From NCBI GenBank assembly GCA_010093815.1, contig ML996573.1: a DNA stretch of 64,000 nucleotides; one strand, 5' to 3'. Below the pieces are notes generated by a model that saw nothing but the letters and a program-made list of their open reading frames with translations, was not told the origin of the DNA and searched no databases. Origin of the DNA: Pseudovirgaria hyperparasitica (Eukaryota). Both the position numbers and the translations under genes were made by a program. The stretch's first letter is position 1. Each line of letters starts with the position of its first letter. Below are positions 1 to 12,002 of this stretch, piece by piece.

Positions 1-681
1 TACTGTATCTCTTAGTAATTTCATCGTAAGTAGGTTGATGAGCTGGTGTTGTGAATCCTGGCCTGTGCCTTGTGGAAGTTTTTCGTGAGGGACAGATGTT
101 TCCTCCAGTAATTTTCGAACGTCATGGGAAAGAGCTTGTAGAGTGTCATGGTTGGTATGGCCAATGTGTCTATCAATGTCAGATCATGGCGTTTGCGAGA
201 TGGAAGAAGTGTTTTACGAGTTGATCATGTGAAAAGCCAAGCTAAGGAGTAGTTGATATCGATGCAATCTCTCTCGACATTGTCGAAGATCGGGATCTTT
301 GGAGCGCTTGCGAACCGTCTTTTTGAGTGCGTCCAAAGAGTGTTTGACTGTTGGTCCGTCTTGACCAACGATGGTAGCAGCGTATTGTTCAAGCTCTACA
401 AGTGTTGTCGTACAACAAACTAATGTCTCTCCAGCACGGGACCATAGATCTCGGAGTTGAGGGTTTTCATGGTCTGGTGAGCATAGAGCTCGTTGTCGAT
501 CGAAGACTGATCTGATGGATTTACTGACATCGCCTAGTGTTTCTACTTCGGCCTGTAGAGTTATGAAGTCATTCTCAAGAGAGGCCACAGAATCTCGATA
601 ATTTTACAAGAATATGACAAGGCGTACGGAGATGTCAATGAGTCCGCCAGCTCCAGCAATAATGGAGAAGGGGTCTGCCAT
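1..681 (-). pseudogene. Fungal N-terminal (HeLo-like/SesA-like) domain protein, 5' part; single in-frame TAA at codon 26; gene runs off the left edge
   Basis: Minus strand from ATG 681 reads MADPFSIIAGAGGLIDISVRLVIFL*NYRDSVASLENDF..., in frame with ORF 214..588. The MxDPxSI start and helical body resemble fungal NLR-type N-terminal domains. A GTAAAA..CTGAC..TAG intron at 217-170 is followed by an exon open to position 1. Confidence 0.6.
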
Positions 682-1489
682 TGTTCAAAAGCCCGATGAA
701 GGTGCCATTGATGTAGCGATGGTGAACGATGTTGCAGCAGATGACAAGGCTGCAATATCGATCCCACCTTGTGATTGTTCTCACTGATGTCTGGACGGGT
801 CTGAAGGCTAGGCTATTCGAGTAAGCCATGGCAAAGCTGGATCTCATCAATGACAGCCAAGGCTGAGACTATGCCATGCTTTTTCATGGAGTGCACATAT
901 GCAGTGCTGCGGCATATAGCTTGATGTGGCTCGTCAACCTATCACTTACCCATCATACATTTCAGCTGCAAATATGATGATGTGTGAGCGAGAACACAGC
1001 GTATCAAGGGCTTCAAAAAAGCCTGGTAGGCCCTTCGTCGTCCATTGGAATATGCTGTGTGACATTGGCGCATTGCAAGCATTAAAGCGATCTGAAAAGG
1101 AATATGAACACATAGATGCGCGTCTCAGGAAACATCCATGGATTCCTGCCGCTCTTGCCAAGGCCGGAGCCATCTCCGATATTCCCTTCACCACTAAGAT
1201 ACAAGACAATTCCGTCCCGATCATCAAGTCTTGCTTCGACGAACGCAATGCATTAAGCACCTGGGGCCTTGCTGGCCCTCCTCTCACTGGCTAGCTGCAG
1301 ATGGTGCCGCAATGTAGGCATACGTCTGTAATAAATGTAATGCTTTTGCACGATGGAGGATGCCACTGACCCGAGTTCGAAGTCCACAACTCGGCCCATC
1401 ATAATACAAAAATCTGCGGGGCTCCTGGCCGGTACGGATCACACCAGCTTTACTCTCGGCTGAATGTGCCAGACAAGACAGGTACCAAA

Positions 1490-3230
1490 ATGCCACGTTT
1501 GATACTGGCTCTATGCGCTATGCTGTCGCTGTTTGCCTACAAACTCTGGCTAAAACGCAAGAAAGAAAAGGTTGGTTTGGCTGACCAGGCCAAAATTTGG
1601 TGTCACGAGGCTGGTAGCTTGAAGCTTCAGACCTCGTTTACAGTGATCATAATAGCTGACAGTTGTCAAGATTCGCCAGCGTTTTTCAAGAGACAATGGC
1701 TGTCAGCCTCTCCGAGATTGGGATTCGCATTGGCCCCTGGGCCTTGACCTCTTACTTAAAGCCTTTCGATACGCTCGCTCACATCAAATCCTTCAGTTCT
1801 TCCTCTCCGTATTGAAGAAATCTGGAACTACATGTCAGCAGAGTTTGCTGGGAGCGACTGGCGTTTTGACCATAGATCCAGAGAATATTGAGGCTATTCT
1901 TTCTACAAAGTTTGAGGATTTCGGTATGGGACTGCGAGCACCGACGTTCTACCCACTGCTTGGTTCCGGTATTTTCACCCAGGACGGTGTAGAGTGGCAG
2001 CATTCGCGAAACCTATTGCGGCCGCAGTTTATGAACAATCGCTTCCAGAACTTCGAGCATATCAAGGAGTGTGTGGAAAATCTGCTCAAACATGTACCCG
2101 ACTCAGGGGTGGTTGATCTTCAACCTCTTTTTTTCCGCTTCACATTCGACACCACCATGTTCCTACTCTTCGGCAAGGCCATCTCATCATTAGACTCAAC
2201 GGAAATCGCGAACAAAGAGTCAAGGTTCGCACATGGTTTTGTCGTTGGCCAGGATTATCTTGCACATCGCGGCCGCCTCGGTGAGTTCTACTGGGTGCTG
2301 AACGACCGGACATTTCGCGATGCGTGTAAAACATGCCATCAATTCGTCGATGAAGCAATACAATCTGCCATTAATGACGCCACTAGCAGCACCCAGTCAG
2401 ATGGAGCAGTAAAGTCCGATATTGATGACCATCGAGGTGTGAGCAAGAAAGAGTATATATTCATCCACGCACTTTTACGAGAAACACAGGACCGCAAGGC
2501 GCTACGTGACCAATGCCTCAACATCCTCCTGGCCGGGCGTGACACGACGGCCTGTTGTCTCATATGGACCTTTCGCCTGCTCGCTCGTCATCCCAATGTC
2601 CTTGCACGGTTGAGAGACGAGATCAAAGCAATAACAGGCTTAGGGCCCACCGCCGAAACACCGACACGGGCGCACATCAAACGTATACCCTATCTCGACC
2701 TGGTTCTAAAAGAAGTACTGCGGTTATACCCCTCTGTACCAGTCAACTCACGTACCGCCCAGTGTGATACCGTCCTACCAGTTGGAGGTGGCCACGACGG
2801 GAGGGGTCCAATTCTTGTACGTGAGGGGGAAGCAGTGGGATATTGCGTGTATGCCATGCATAGAAGGAGAGATATTTACGGCCCGGATGCAGATGAGTTT
2901 CGACCCGAGAGATGGGAGGGACATGAGTTAAGCGAAGTTGGTTGGGGCTATTTACCTTTCAACAAGGGCCCCCGAGTATGTCTTGGTCGTAAGTCACTAG
3001 CCTTCGATGAAGCTTGCCCTTTCACGCATATACTGACCGTGTATTCACCACCAGAGGATTTTGCTTTATTGGAAGCGGGATTTGCCATCATCCGGATCAT
3101 TCAGTCGTATCCTGAGTTTACAGTGCCGGCAGATGAAAAAGAATTTAAGCTTGGTGATGAAGGACAGCACCTAACATTGGTGGTATATCCTGAAAAGGGG
3201 TGTCGCATAGTCTTACCACCACAAAGATGA
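1490..3230 (+). CDS. Cytochrome P450, CYP52 clan (alkane/fatty-acid hydroxylase-like)
   Basis: N-terminal anchor MPRLILALCAML. Intron 1571-1670 joins it to GCQP..WPLGLDLL. Motifs AGRDTT, EVLR and FRPERW are present. The heme motif reads PFNKGPRVCLGQ after removing intron 2989-3054. Confidence 0.93.
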
Positions 3231-3491
3231 ATAAATGCATTAAATTCTGACTACCCATCACATAAGTGGTATATTCGCAGCCAAGAGAAACGTCATGCAC
3301 ATCATTGCCGAATGGGTCACCACGTGCTTTCCAAAACAATGGGACCAGGACAGCTTCAATGTAATCACCTACCCCGCCTCCTCATTCAATGACGATATGA
3401 AGCTCTTGTGGTATCTTTGCACTCTCAACATCCAATAAGCTACTTCGAAAATCTACATACCAGAATCTCTGACTCCTCTCATACTCCTGAA

Positions 3492-4130
3492 ATGACGACA
3501 ACAAACACCGCTGGAAACCCACACCTAACCCGTGCCTATGCCGTCACCTCGCCAGAAGAAAACAAAGCTCTTTACGAAGATTGGGCCGCCACATACAACG
3601 CCGACGTACTCGACGCCTCACAAGAATATGTCGCGCCCGCCCTCGCCGTGCAAGCCGTGGTATCCGCAGGCGGCAACACAGCAGGCACGATCCTCGACGC
3701 CGGCTGCGGCACCGGCTTCGTTGGCATCGCGCTCTCGCAAGCCGGCGCAAAAACCATCGACGGCCTGGATCTCTCGCCCAGCATGCTGAAGATCGCACGG
3801 GAACTGGGCGTGTACAGGGCCTTGGACACGGCAGATCTGAGTAAGAAGATTGAGAAGGAGAGTCATGCGTATGATGTGGTCACGTGCGTGGGCACGCTGA
3901 CGCATGGTCATGTTGGTCCAGACCCGGCGCTGAAGGAGTTTGTGAGAGTGGCGAAGAAAGGGGGTGTGGTAGTTGCGACTGTGCTGGACGATATTTGGGT
4001 TTCGGGTGGGTATAAAAAGGAGGTGGAGAGATTGGCAGAGAGGGAGGTCGAGGTAGTAGGGACGGAGAAGGTGGATTATCGGAAGGGGGCGAATGTGAGT
4101 TGTCGGATGGTGGTGATGAAGAAGAGGTGA
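3492..4130 (+). CDS. Class I SAM-dependent methyltransferase (METTL27/WBSCR27-like)
   Basis: Motifs LYEDWAATY, ILDAGCGTG, GLDLSPSML and YDVVTCVGTLTHGH; intronless ORF. Confidence 0.9.
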   Translation: MTTTNTAGNPHLTRAYAVTSPEENKALYEDWAATYNADVLDASQEYVAPALAVQAVVSAGGNTAGTILDAGCGTGFVGIALSQAGAKTIDGLDLSPSMLKIARELGVYRALDTADLSKKIEKESHAYDVVTCVGTLTHGHVGPDPALKEFVRVAKKGGVVVATVLDDIWVSGGYKKEVERLAEREVEVVGTEKVDYRKGANVSCRMVVMKKR

Positions 4131-4584
4131 TGGATGCGTGTAGTACAGGTCAATAAAGCGGTAATGAGCGATTTGCGAGTTCATATCACTCTCTCCTCCT
4201 ATTCACCCTCTCACCCACCCGCTAAGCCCGATGATTTTCTCGGCCATAAGTATCGTGCCCAGTATAATTACAATTGAACTGCACTCAGATACTCGTTCAC
4301 GTGAGACATCTTAGTATGACTTAGTCCACGATCTATGAAACGTTCTTATAGTGAATGCCAGTGTACGTCGAGTTCGCCGTACGTAGATGTCTGCAAGACG
4401 ATCAATGTATGACATAACGATGTGCGAATCCCGCGCTAGAGCGAGTACTGATACACTGAGCTGACAGATACGTATCCTGGAACTTCTAAGCTTCGGATTC
4501 TTACACTTCGTTGCCTCTTTTCCACCTTCCTGCTTGCCTCTTTAAAATACCCAACCCACGAGGATGTCGTGATTGCTTACAAAA

Positions 4585-6457
4585 TCAGGAGTCTTCCTCG
4601 CTTGCGAGGAGCTCTTCTCTCTCCTCTACGTTGGTTCTAGTATCGTACGTCCCGAGTGATGCGTGAGTAGTCCCACTCATAATCTTAGCCATAGCAAGTC
4701 CCTCCTCTCTGCCCTTCCCTTCATCAATCCACCAAATGAATGGTGCAGGCACCGCAATGAAAAGCGCAATAAAGAAGAAGCCCCCTCTCAAGCTTCCTGT
4801 TGCATCAGCAATCCGTCCTACCACTGCGGGTCCAATTATGGAACTCCCTTTATCTGTGAATGCATACAACGCGTAGAAGGCCGCCTCATGCCCCGGGGGT
4901 ATGAGGTTCCCATAGAACGAGCGACAGTAGGCTGAAAACCCACCGAATGCAATCCCATGTATACTCGCCATCATATATAGCTCCATTGCAGATTGAACGC
5001 CACCAATACCGATGATATGGACAAACGGCAGATAGCCAAGGATGCCGTTGATCGGGATGACTAGAAACAGGACTATAGCAGCAAGTATAACAGTCTTTGA
5101 CTGCAGATTATAGCGAAGTTGGAACCTAGGCCACATTAAAGCCCCCAGAACACCAGATCCTGTTGCAATGAGTGCGATTGTAGCGACGCCGGCCGGACTC
5201 ATACCAAGTTCAGTCTTGCCGAAGAGCACAGCAGTGTCTGCCATTGTAGCGAGTGCATCTGATAGGAACACCCATGCTGCAAGAAACTTGAGCATCTGAC
5301 GCAGTTTGCATGCCACTTTGATCGTCTCCCAGGTAGATTTCCACGAGAATATGATGTATGCAAGCCAAGAGAATCTTTTCGCACGCAACAGGGTAGGAGG
5401 AAGTGGAGGCCCAGGTCGGGGCCGCAACCAGCGGAAGGAGAGTACGCTGAATAGAAGCCACCATACGCCGATTGCGAACAACAGGACACCTAGGGGAGCT
5501 GTAGACACGTTCGGGGAAAGCCGTAACATAGCAACCAGTACAAGGAATCCGATGCTCAGGATCTGGAAGAGAAGGGCAGCAGAGTATCCAATACCATACC
5601 CACGAGCACTAATCTGCGTTGATACTTTCAAATCAGACAGTTCCTTTGTCCTTGCAGGCTGATACTCATTCAGCTCGTCGATGAATTGCGACGAGACACC
5701 AGCATTGTTCTGTGCATCCTCCAACGTTGCCAAAGGTATCGCCAAATCATCATCCAAACCATCATTGATCCGCGATGTTCTGCTCTCACGTGGATGATGC
5801 TTCGCATATACAGGCAAGTATGCGTTCAACAATACAAAGCTTGAGCCCAAGCACGTGACGCTCACGACAATGAGCAGCGGCGCCAGGAGGTAGAAAGCGC
5901 GTGAAACGAATACTAGAGAACTGCAGCAAATAGAGCCGGTGAATGCGAGTGCTGTGAGAAGCTTCTTTCTGTTGTTCCCTATGTGAAACGTCAGCACCAA
6001 TATTTACGGTCAGGCTGTCATGAAGCTGGAGGAAAACCAAACCACACGTACCGTAATCTGCCAACGCACTGCTCGATACCAGAACCACTACCTGCACCAG
6101 AACTGCAAGCGAGAAGGTATACAACACGAAACTTGACGTGGTAATTTCGAAGCCGAATGGCGATATAACGCATTGCTCGTCTCTGCCAGAATCATCTCTC
6201 GTACCTAACCTGACTCTACCCGAATCACCACGAGGCTCAACACAGGACACGCCATGATCTGATCGCAAGACGCCATTTTCTCTTGCGAGGGACTCTAAGA
6301 AGACTGGTAAGAACGAGCCGACGCCACAGATCACAAATACTTCTGCAGCCGCGCTGTACGCGTACCAACCGCGAAGCTCAAGCGAGGTTGTCGGGCGTGT
6401 ATCTTCACCCTCATAGCGGGCAGTGTGAATCTCGTGCTGAAGAGGTAATTCGGTCAT
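4585..6457 (-). CDS. ATG22: Autophagy-related protein 22, vacuolar amino-acid efflux MFS permease
   Basis: Motifs ELRGWYAYSAAAEVF, ADYG/NNRKKLL across intron 6051-5979, and EAAFYALYAFTDKGSS; multiple TM helices. Confidence 0.92.
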
Positions 6458-6857
6458 GCCATCAGTGGAGATGAAGACGATGGAAGATGCGGTGGTCGAG
6501 GCCCTGGGCGCGAGGTTGAGGTTGAGCCTGAGCCTTGGGTCTGAGCCTGCTCACACGCCAAGCCACGATACGCGCATGTGGGATGCACGTTTTGGGCAGA
6601 TTTGTCCGTACATTGCTAAAACACTGCGTCTGATAAAGAAAGCTGTACAGCACTAGCAAAGCTAGGAAGGCTTGGAACACATAAGTGAGGACGTGTCGAT
6701 GCAGAATGCACTTCTTGTATATAATAGTACCTAACCCGTTGCCGCGCTGAGCCAGCCAGCTGACCTCAGAACCACCAGGATTCTCACCCAGGAGCCCCTA
6801 ACTGCACTTTCGTGATGTCCACATGTGTGTTTTCGTGCCATCATCTTATCGTTAATA

Positions 6858-7835
6858 TCATATTTCCAGCTGCGCCTGTCCTGTATATCCCAGATTTGCT
6901 CGCCAGGTGTTCCACACGCCATACAAATGTACCACAGCACCAATCACTACACAAACGTGGAAGATTTGATGCGAGGAGCCGATGATGTCAAATTTCCCTT
7001 TCGTACTCAAGCTTTCCGGGATACGTGTGGCAAAGAAGAATGCGCCAATGCCATAGGCTACACCCTCTGTTAACCAATACTGCATGCCAGAATACAGTAA
7101 CGCTTCTTCGAGCCCGTACGCAATGACACCATGGAAGATAGGGGCTAGGCCAGAAAGCGCGGTGAGTACGAAGACTAGGGTGCGGATACCTCGCCATGCT
7201 TGTCCTTGCAGCTTGGGGTGCAAGGTGAGTACGCAAGCAACCGTGCTTAGGGTGGTGATCATCGCCCAGTACAGCTTTTGGATGTTTGGATGGCGATAGA
7301 ACCCGACGTAAATACCAGAAATAAAGCTCGACTGAATGAGGATCAGGATACCAAGATAGTCGACTTTCAAGCTAGTCTCCGAGATCCACTGACTGTGGTT
7401 GATGAGCGTATGGTAGGAGCTCGATAGCAGAGCAGTTGTGAGAGCAGCGAAGAGATTGAGGTTGAAAATGATGCGATCAATGGGTGAAGCTTCGGGAAAG
7501 TAGTTGTTGATGAGCGTCTGGAGTTGCCAGAATATACAGACAATAACGATTGCTGGAATCAGATGGGTCAAGATGTTGAGTGTTTGGTTATGCATGATGA
7601 AGATTGACGACGAGAGGCAGGCTTTGAATGAATTGGAAACTGGGCGATAGCCGCGCTTGATGTACGGGTTGTCTTGATACCATGGTGGTATGTCTTCGTA
7701 TTTCAGCAAAGGCAGGGGTGCCTCAACTGCCTTATCATTGGCAGAGTCCTGTTTGTGCTCTAGATTCTTGATCGTGGCATCAGTAGGTTCCTGATAAGTT
7801 TTTGCATGCGATCTTCGTGTAGCTGTCGAGCTCAT
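6858..7835 (-). CDS. PAQR / hemolysin-III (IZH, AdipoR-like) membrane protein
   Basis: Motifs WYQDNPYIKRGYR, NILTH, SSSYH, DYLGI, RIPE and SHQIFH; about 7 TM helices. Confidence 0.92.
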   Translation of the reverse strand: MSSTATRRSHAKTYQEPTDATIKNLEHKQDSANDKAVEAPLPLLKYEDIPPWYQDNPYIKRGYRPVSNSFKACLSSSIFIMHNQTLNILTHLIPAIVIVCIFWQLQTLINNYFPEASPIDRIIFNLNLFAALTTALLSSSYHTLINHSQWISETSLKVDYLGILILIQSSFISGIYVGFYRHPNIQKLYWAMITTLSTVACVLTLHPKLQGQAWRGIRTLVFVLTALSGLAPIFHGVIAYGLEEALLYSGMQYWLTEGVAYGIGAFFFATRIPESLSTKGKFDIIGSSHQIFHVCVVIGAVVHLYGVWNTWRANLGYTGQAQLEI

Positions 7836-8814
7836 ATTTGCACGGGTGCGTATATATTTTCAGTGAATCTGCGGGTCAGATGTCCAATTCCGAAAGACGA
7901 ACATGAGCATAAAAAGAGCTCAAATGGACAGCGAGTGAAATATGGGTGACGGGACACGAAGAAAGAAAGGGGTGAATGAAGATGTAGTCGGGCGCTAGGC
8001 AGAGGTTTCGAGCGCATCTTGTTGGCGCGCGCGGGGCCGGACAAAGCTATTAGGGCGCAGAATGGCAGCGGCAGCTCAGATTATCATTATTAATGAAGCC
8101 GCCGGAGTGATCCTGGATGAATTAATGTTGGGATCCTGTCAATGGAAAGCGCATATTGTGGTGCGTTCCTGGAGTCTTCTTTTTGCTGCTGGCCAGCAAA
8201 TCTGTGCATGCCGGTGGGTGTTTTGCAATGGCATCACTAACCCACGGCCGGACGCCCTTCAACCTACGATATCCTTGTCAACGAGAAGATAATGATAAAC
8301 GAAGTTGCCAAAACCCTATTCGTCGATGGTTCCACAGTGCATGTGATCGAAGTAATGCACGTGGCTCCATCAGATCGATTATTAGGTGGCATTCCCTTGC
8401 ATCCCTGGACGTCGTCTTGGACGGCCTCGGGTGGCCAATCTCGGCGTGAAAATGTCCGCCTCAACACCAACACTAGTACATCACCAGAATCATCTTCGTC
8501 AGTAATGATGAAGGGAGCACTCTTTGCCAGACGTCGAAACAAGCAGTCTTTAGCCTCCCAGCGGAACAACACCGGGCCTAAGGTCACATGATGGCGCGTT
8601 GCTGTGCGGCAGCCCATTCCAAGTTCCAGGCGCGTCCGCGGGACCGCAAGGATGTAGTGAGGTCATCATCACTGCATCGCCCACTGAAATCCCTCACAAA
8701 CAACAACACCAAACACCGACACCACCGTTTGCGCAACAATTGATTGATCGGTCTTCCTGTTCATACAGTACTTTGTATCAACTGTATTACATCCGCACTT
8801 CATAATTGCGCAAG

Positions 8815-9403
8815 ATGGTCTCCTCGAAGGGAAAACCTACCGATCCGAAGCTCCGCGAAAAGGTTAAAGAAGGCACGTGATCCACTCATACATTTCTCAG
8901 CCCAATCGCACGAATCGCGACTAACAGAGACCTCCACAGAGATCAAGAACAAGCCCAACAAGGACGGCGGCGGCAAGGGCCAATGGTCCGCATGGAAAGC
9001 CACGCAGCTCAGCAAGGAATACGAAAAACAGTATGTAGACTTTCTCGTATTGCGCCAGAACCTCTATTCTTCTATGCTAACAGTCTCCAGAGGCGGCTCT
9101 TACGAGAACGAGTCCGGCTCCAAGAATGAGCCGAAAAAGGGCGCCCCAGAACCCAAGCCTGAGGCCAAGAAGAAGGATGAGACCGCCAAGACGGACGCCA
9201 ACAGCTCCAAGAAGGATGCTGGCGAGAAGAAGGCCAACAGCTCTAAGAAGGTCGACGCCCCTAAGAAGGAAACCAAGGCTAAGAGTGCACCAAAGAAGAA
9301 AGCGGAACCTAGAGAGGGCACAAGGAAGAGTGCACGGCAAAGTGAGAAGAGGGGTGCGGAGGACGAGGCAGATGGTGGGGAGAATAAGAAGAGTAAGAAA
9401 TAG
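8815..9403 (+). CDS. Small Lys-rich hypothetical protein (PTDPKLREKVKEEIK...GGGKGQWSAWKA...YEKQGGSYE)
   Basis: ATG 8815. A GC-AG intron (8873-8939) and a GT-AG intron (9031-9090) give a continuous frame to TAG 9403. Codon usage is strongly biased. Confidence 0.8.
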
Positions 9404-9754
9404 ATATATGGGGACTAGGCACGGTCGGGGGCTTTGGAGTTTGTGGAGCGTTGGCTAGGGCTTTAGATACCCGGATAGGTGCACTAGGATTAATACCATA
9501 GGATATGTAATTATTGGATGGGTGTTAATTAGCGGGCACGATGTTCATAGAAAGCGTGTGCTCGTTTTGTGCAGTCATGATAGCATTTTAAATTCCTATA
9601 AGCCAAGAAGCACCGAGCGTCCCCGGTGGCAGGCAAAGGAAACCGTACAAGGAGTGTGTCTGTCGAGCCCAAGTCTTCATATTCCTCCCCTTAACCTCCA
9701 CCACATGACCTTATGGCAGTAAGGCTAGCAGGCCATCATCACCATTGGTCAGGC

Positions 9755-10439
9755 CTATTCCTTGTAATACCCACCCTTGGTCGTGCAATCGACCTTCGAG
9801 CTGGTATATGGCTTGGTAACAGTCACGTAAGATGTGGTCGGGTAGAGAGAAGTGGTCTTGGACGTGCTAACGATCACAGTGGGCACCTTGGTGACAATCG
9901 TGGAGTGCTCAGTCTTGACGGTACTGTGGATTTGTTAGTGATATACTCTTCTCAAAGGAACGACTTTATTTACGTGTGAGGCTTGGTCACGGTCTCGACG
10001 TACGTGTCGTATTTGGTACCAACGGATGTAGTGGTGATTGTAATTGTTTTGGCTAACAGATGTTAGCAAATATCCAAGCATGCGCGTAGTTCAACTAACT
10101 GTAGGGTTCGGCCTTAGTCTTTGTGTAGAGGTTCGTGGTGTAGTCGACAGTGGTGTGAGGCTTATCGACAACTGAAGTCTTTGTTACGTAGCCAGTGGTG
10201 GTGACCGGGACATAAACTGTCTTAGTGGATTCGATTACGGTCTTTGAAGTCTCGACCTTGCTGGTCACGTAGAATTTGGTGGCGCATGTGGTATACGCTG
10301 GAGGTGGAGGTGGTGTATAAGCAGGCGAGGCAGCGACAACGGTACTGTTAATTGTTAGAGAGCTGGTTGGTTGATCAATCGTAGATGGCGTAAAAGCCTA
10401 CAGATAGGCCACAAAGGCGACGAGGCTAGTGTAAAGCAT
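9755..10439 (-). CDS. Secreted Thr/Val/Lys-rich protein, 176 aa, 4 exons (not in ORF track)
   Basis: Exons 10439-10402, 10344-10100, 10052-9974 and 9923-9755 have canonical donors, branch sites and acceptors and sum to 531 nt. Signal peptide MLYTSLVAFVAYLTVVAA. TATAAA lies near 10591-10596. Confidence 0.85.
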
Positions 10440-12002
10440 GTTGAGATATATCGACAATCCTAATGAAGGAGTTTGATGACTTGCTTTATGGTGAAGCTTT
10501 GGGAGCGAAAGACTTGAGCGACTGTCGAGGATAGAGGGTTTGGTCCTTGGGTTCCTTAGTGCTTCAATTGAGTGCGGTTGTCTCCTCTACTTTATACTTG
10601 TCAAGTCTGAGCCTTCCGAAGCTGAGCCAAAATTAGACAATGGAACCCTATGAATGTGCTACATCATTTCGTGAGCATGCATTGAACAGCACCATACATT
10701 CCGTCCGTAAGCTGGGCATTGCTTCTCAGCTCGATCTTGAACCCCTTGGCATGATCCCAGATCATGATTGACCCAGATACGCGGAGAAGCGAGGTTCCAT
10801 GAATATGTTGTAGTCTGTGGTAGGACTAGCATACGATGCATATATAGCGCAAGCTGTGCTTCGTCACGACCAAGGAACCATTGTGTTAGTACACGAATAA
10901 CCCATCTGGATGCTTACAGTCCAATACACTCAGACCCAGCAGGGTTGGCACTTCGAGTTCAGTGCCATCGTACTGCTGGCGGGAGGACATTCTTTGGTTG
11001 GAATATACCCTAGAAGCTCGTATTCCACTCGAGGTGAGGCTGGACCATTGTTGGCAGATCGAACTATATCGAACACCTCCTGGCTACGATTCAGTCCGGG
11101 TATTTCATCTCGTAGAGTCGGCCTATAAGGTGGCTTGGCTAATTGAAGCTCTAGCCTGTCCGGATTCCTTGGGACTTGGACATATTCGCGCACTGAGCTT
11201 ATTCGATGCTGGCAGCTACGTGTATGGAGCCATAGTAACACAACATCTCGCATAAGACAAGTTAACCACAAGTCTCCGATCTAATAGACTTACGGTGGGT
11301 TAGCTCAGTCAGAGCCAGGTGGGTGCTGTCTGCGCCTTGTGAGTTTCGTTCTGTGACTAAAGAATGACCGAGCTCTTGAAATTTGACTCCCATTAGAGCG
11401 AGCTATGTAGGTTTCCTAATTGATAATGCACAGCAGTGGTCTCGAGCAGATTTGTTGATTCACTGGCATCTGCAATGCTCATTCGGTGGAGAACAGTGTG
11501 CGAGCGACCAGCCTCAGTATCAGATAGAAAGCAGCTGCAACAATTGAACTATTCGTCAGTCCATCAAGAATGTTTGCAAGATATGGTTTCCGAATATGTC
11601 TCGACATGGCAGTGTTCAGATTCAATTGAGTGTCGTGGATGTAGAGCAGAGGGCGAACACTAAGCTGAAATAGGCTAAGAGGTCTCCTCGCACGGACCAA
11701 CACGACGAGCCTTGATGATTTTCTTAGGTTGAGCTTCTCGATCACATCCCTTTACTACATCCAAATCATTTACAAGTCCAATCGTAAGGTTAAACCTGCG
11801 GTGCTTTCCACGACTATTACTGTATCCTCCGCTTCTTGCTCTGTATTACTTGTCTCCCTGCGTTGCTCCTTTCTTGTACCATATTTGTAGCACCTGTTCT
11901 TCCGTAAAGCTGCATCTGCCTGCTTACGATTGACTTGACTTTCAATCCTTCCATCTGGATCTCGAACCACTCCTAGACAACTTGGAACATACCCTGATCG
12001 CC

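Noticed and set aside
926..1294. Overlapping ORFs of about 120 codons on both strands upstream of the P450
   Set aside because: No recognisable motif and no clear gene structure; probably chance or an unidentifiable remnant.
8062..8617. Several short ORFs between the PAQR gene and the small basic protein
   Set aside because: They lie in a divergent promoter region and show no coding bias or motifs.
10930..11745. Minus-strand ORF pieces with a GTAAGT donor near 11293
   Set aside because: I could not assemble a frame-consistent model with canonical acceptors.
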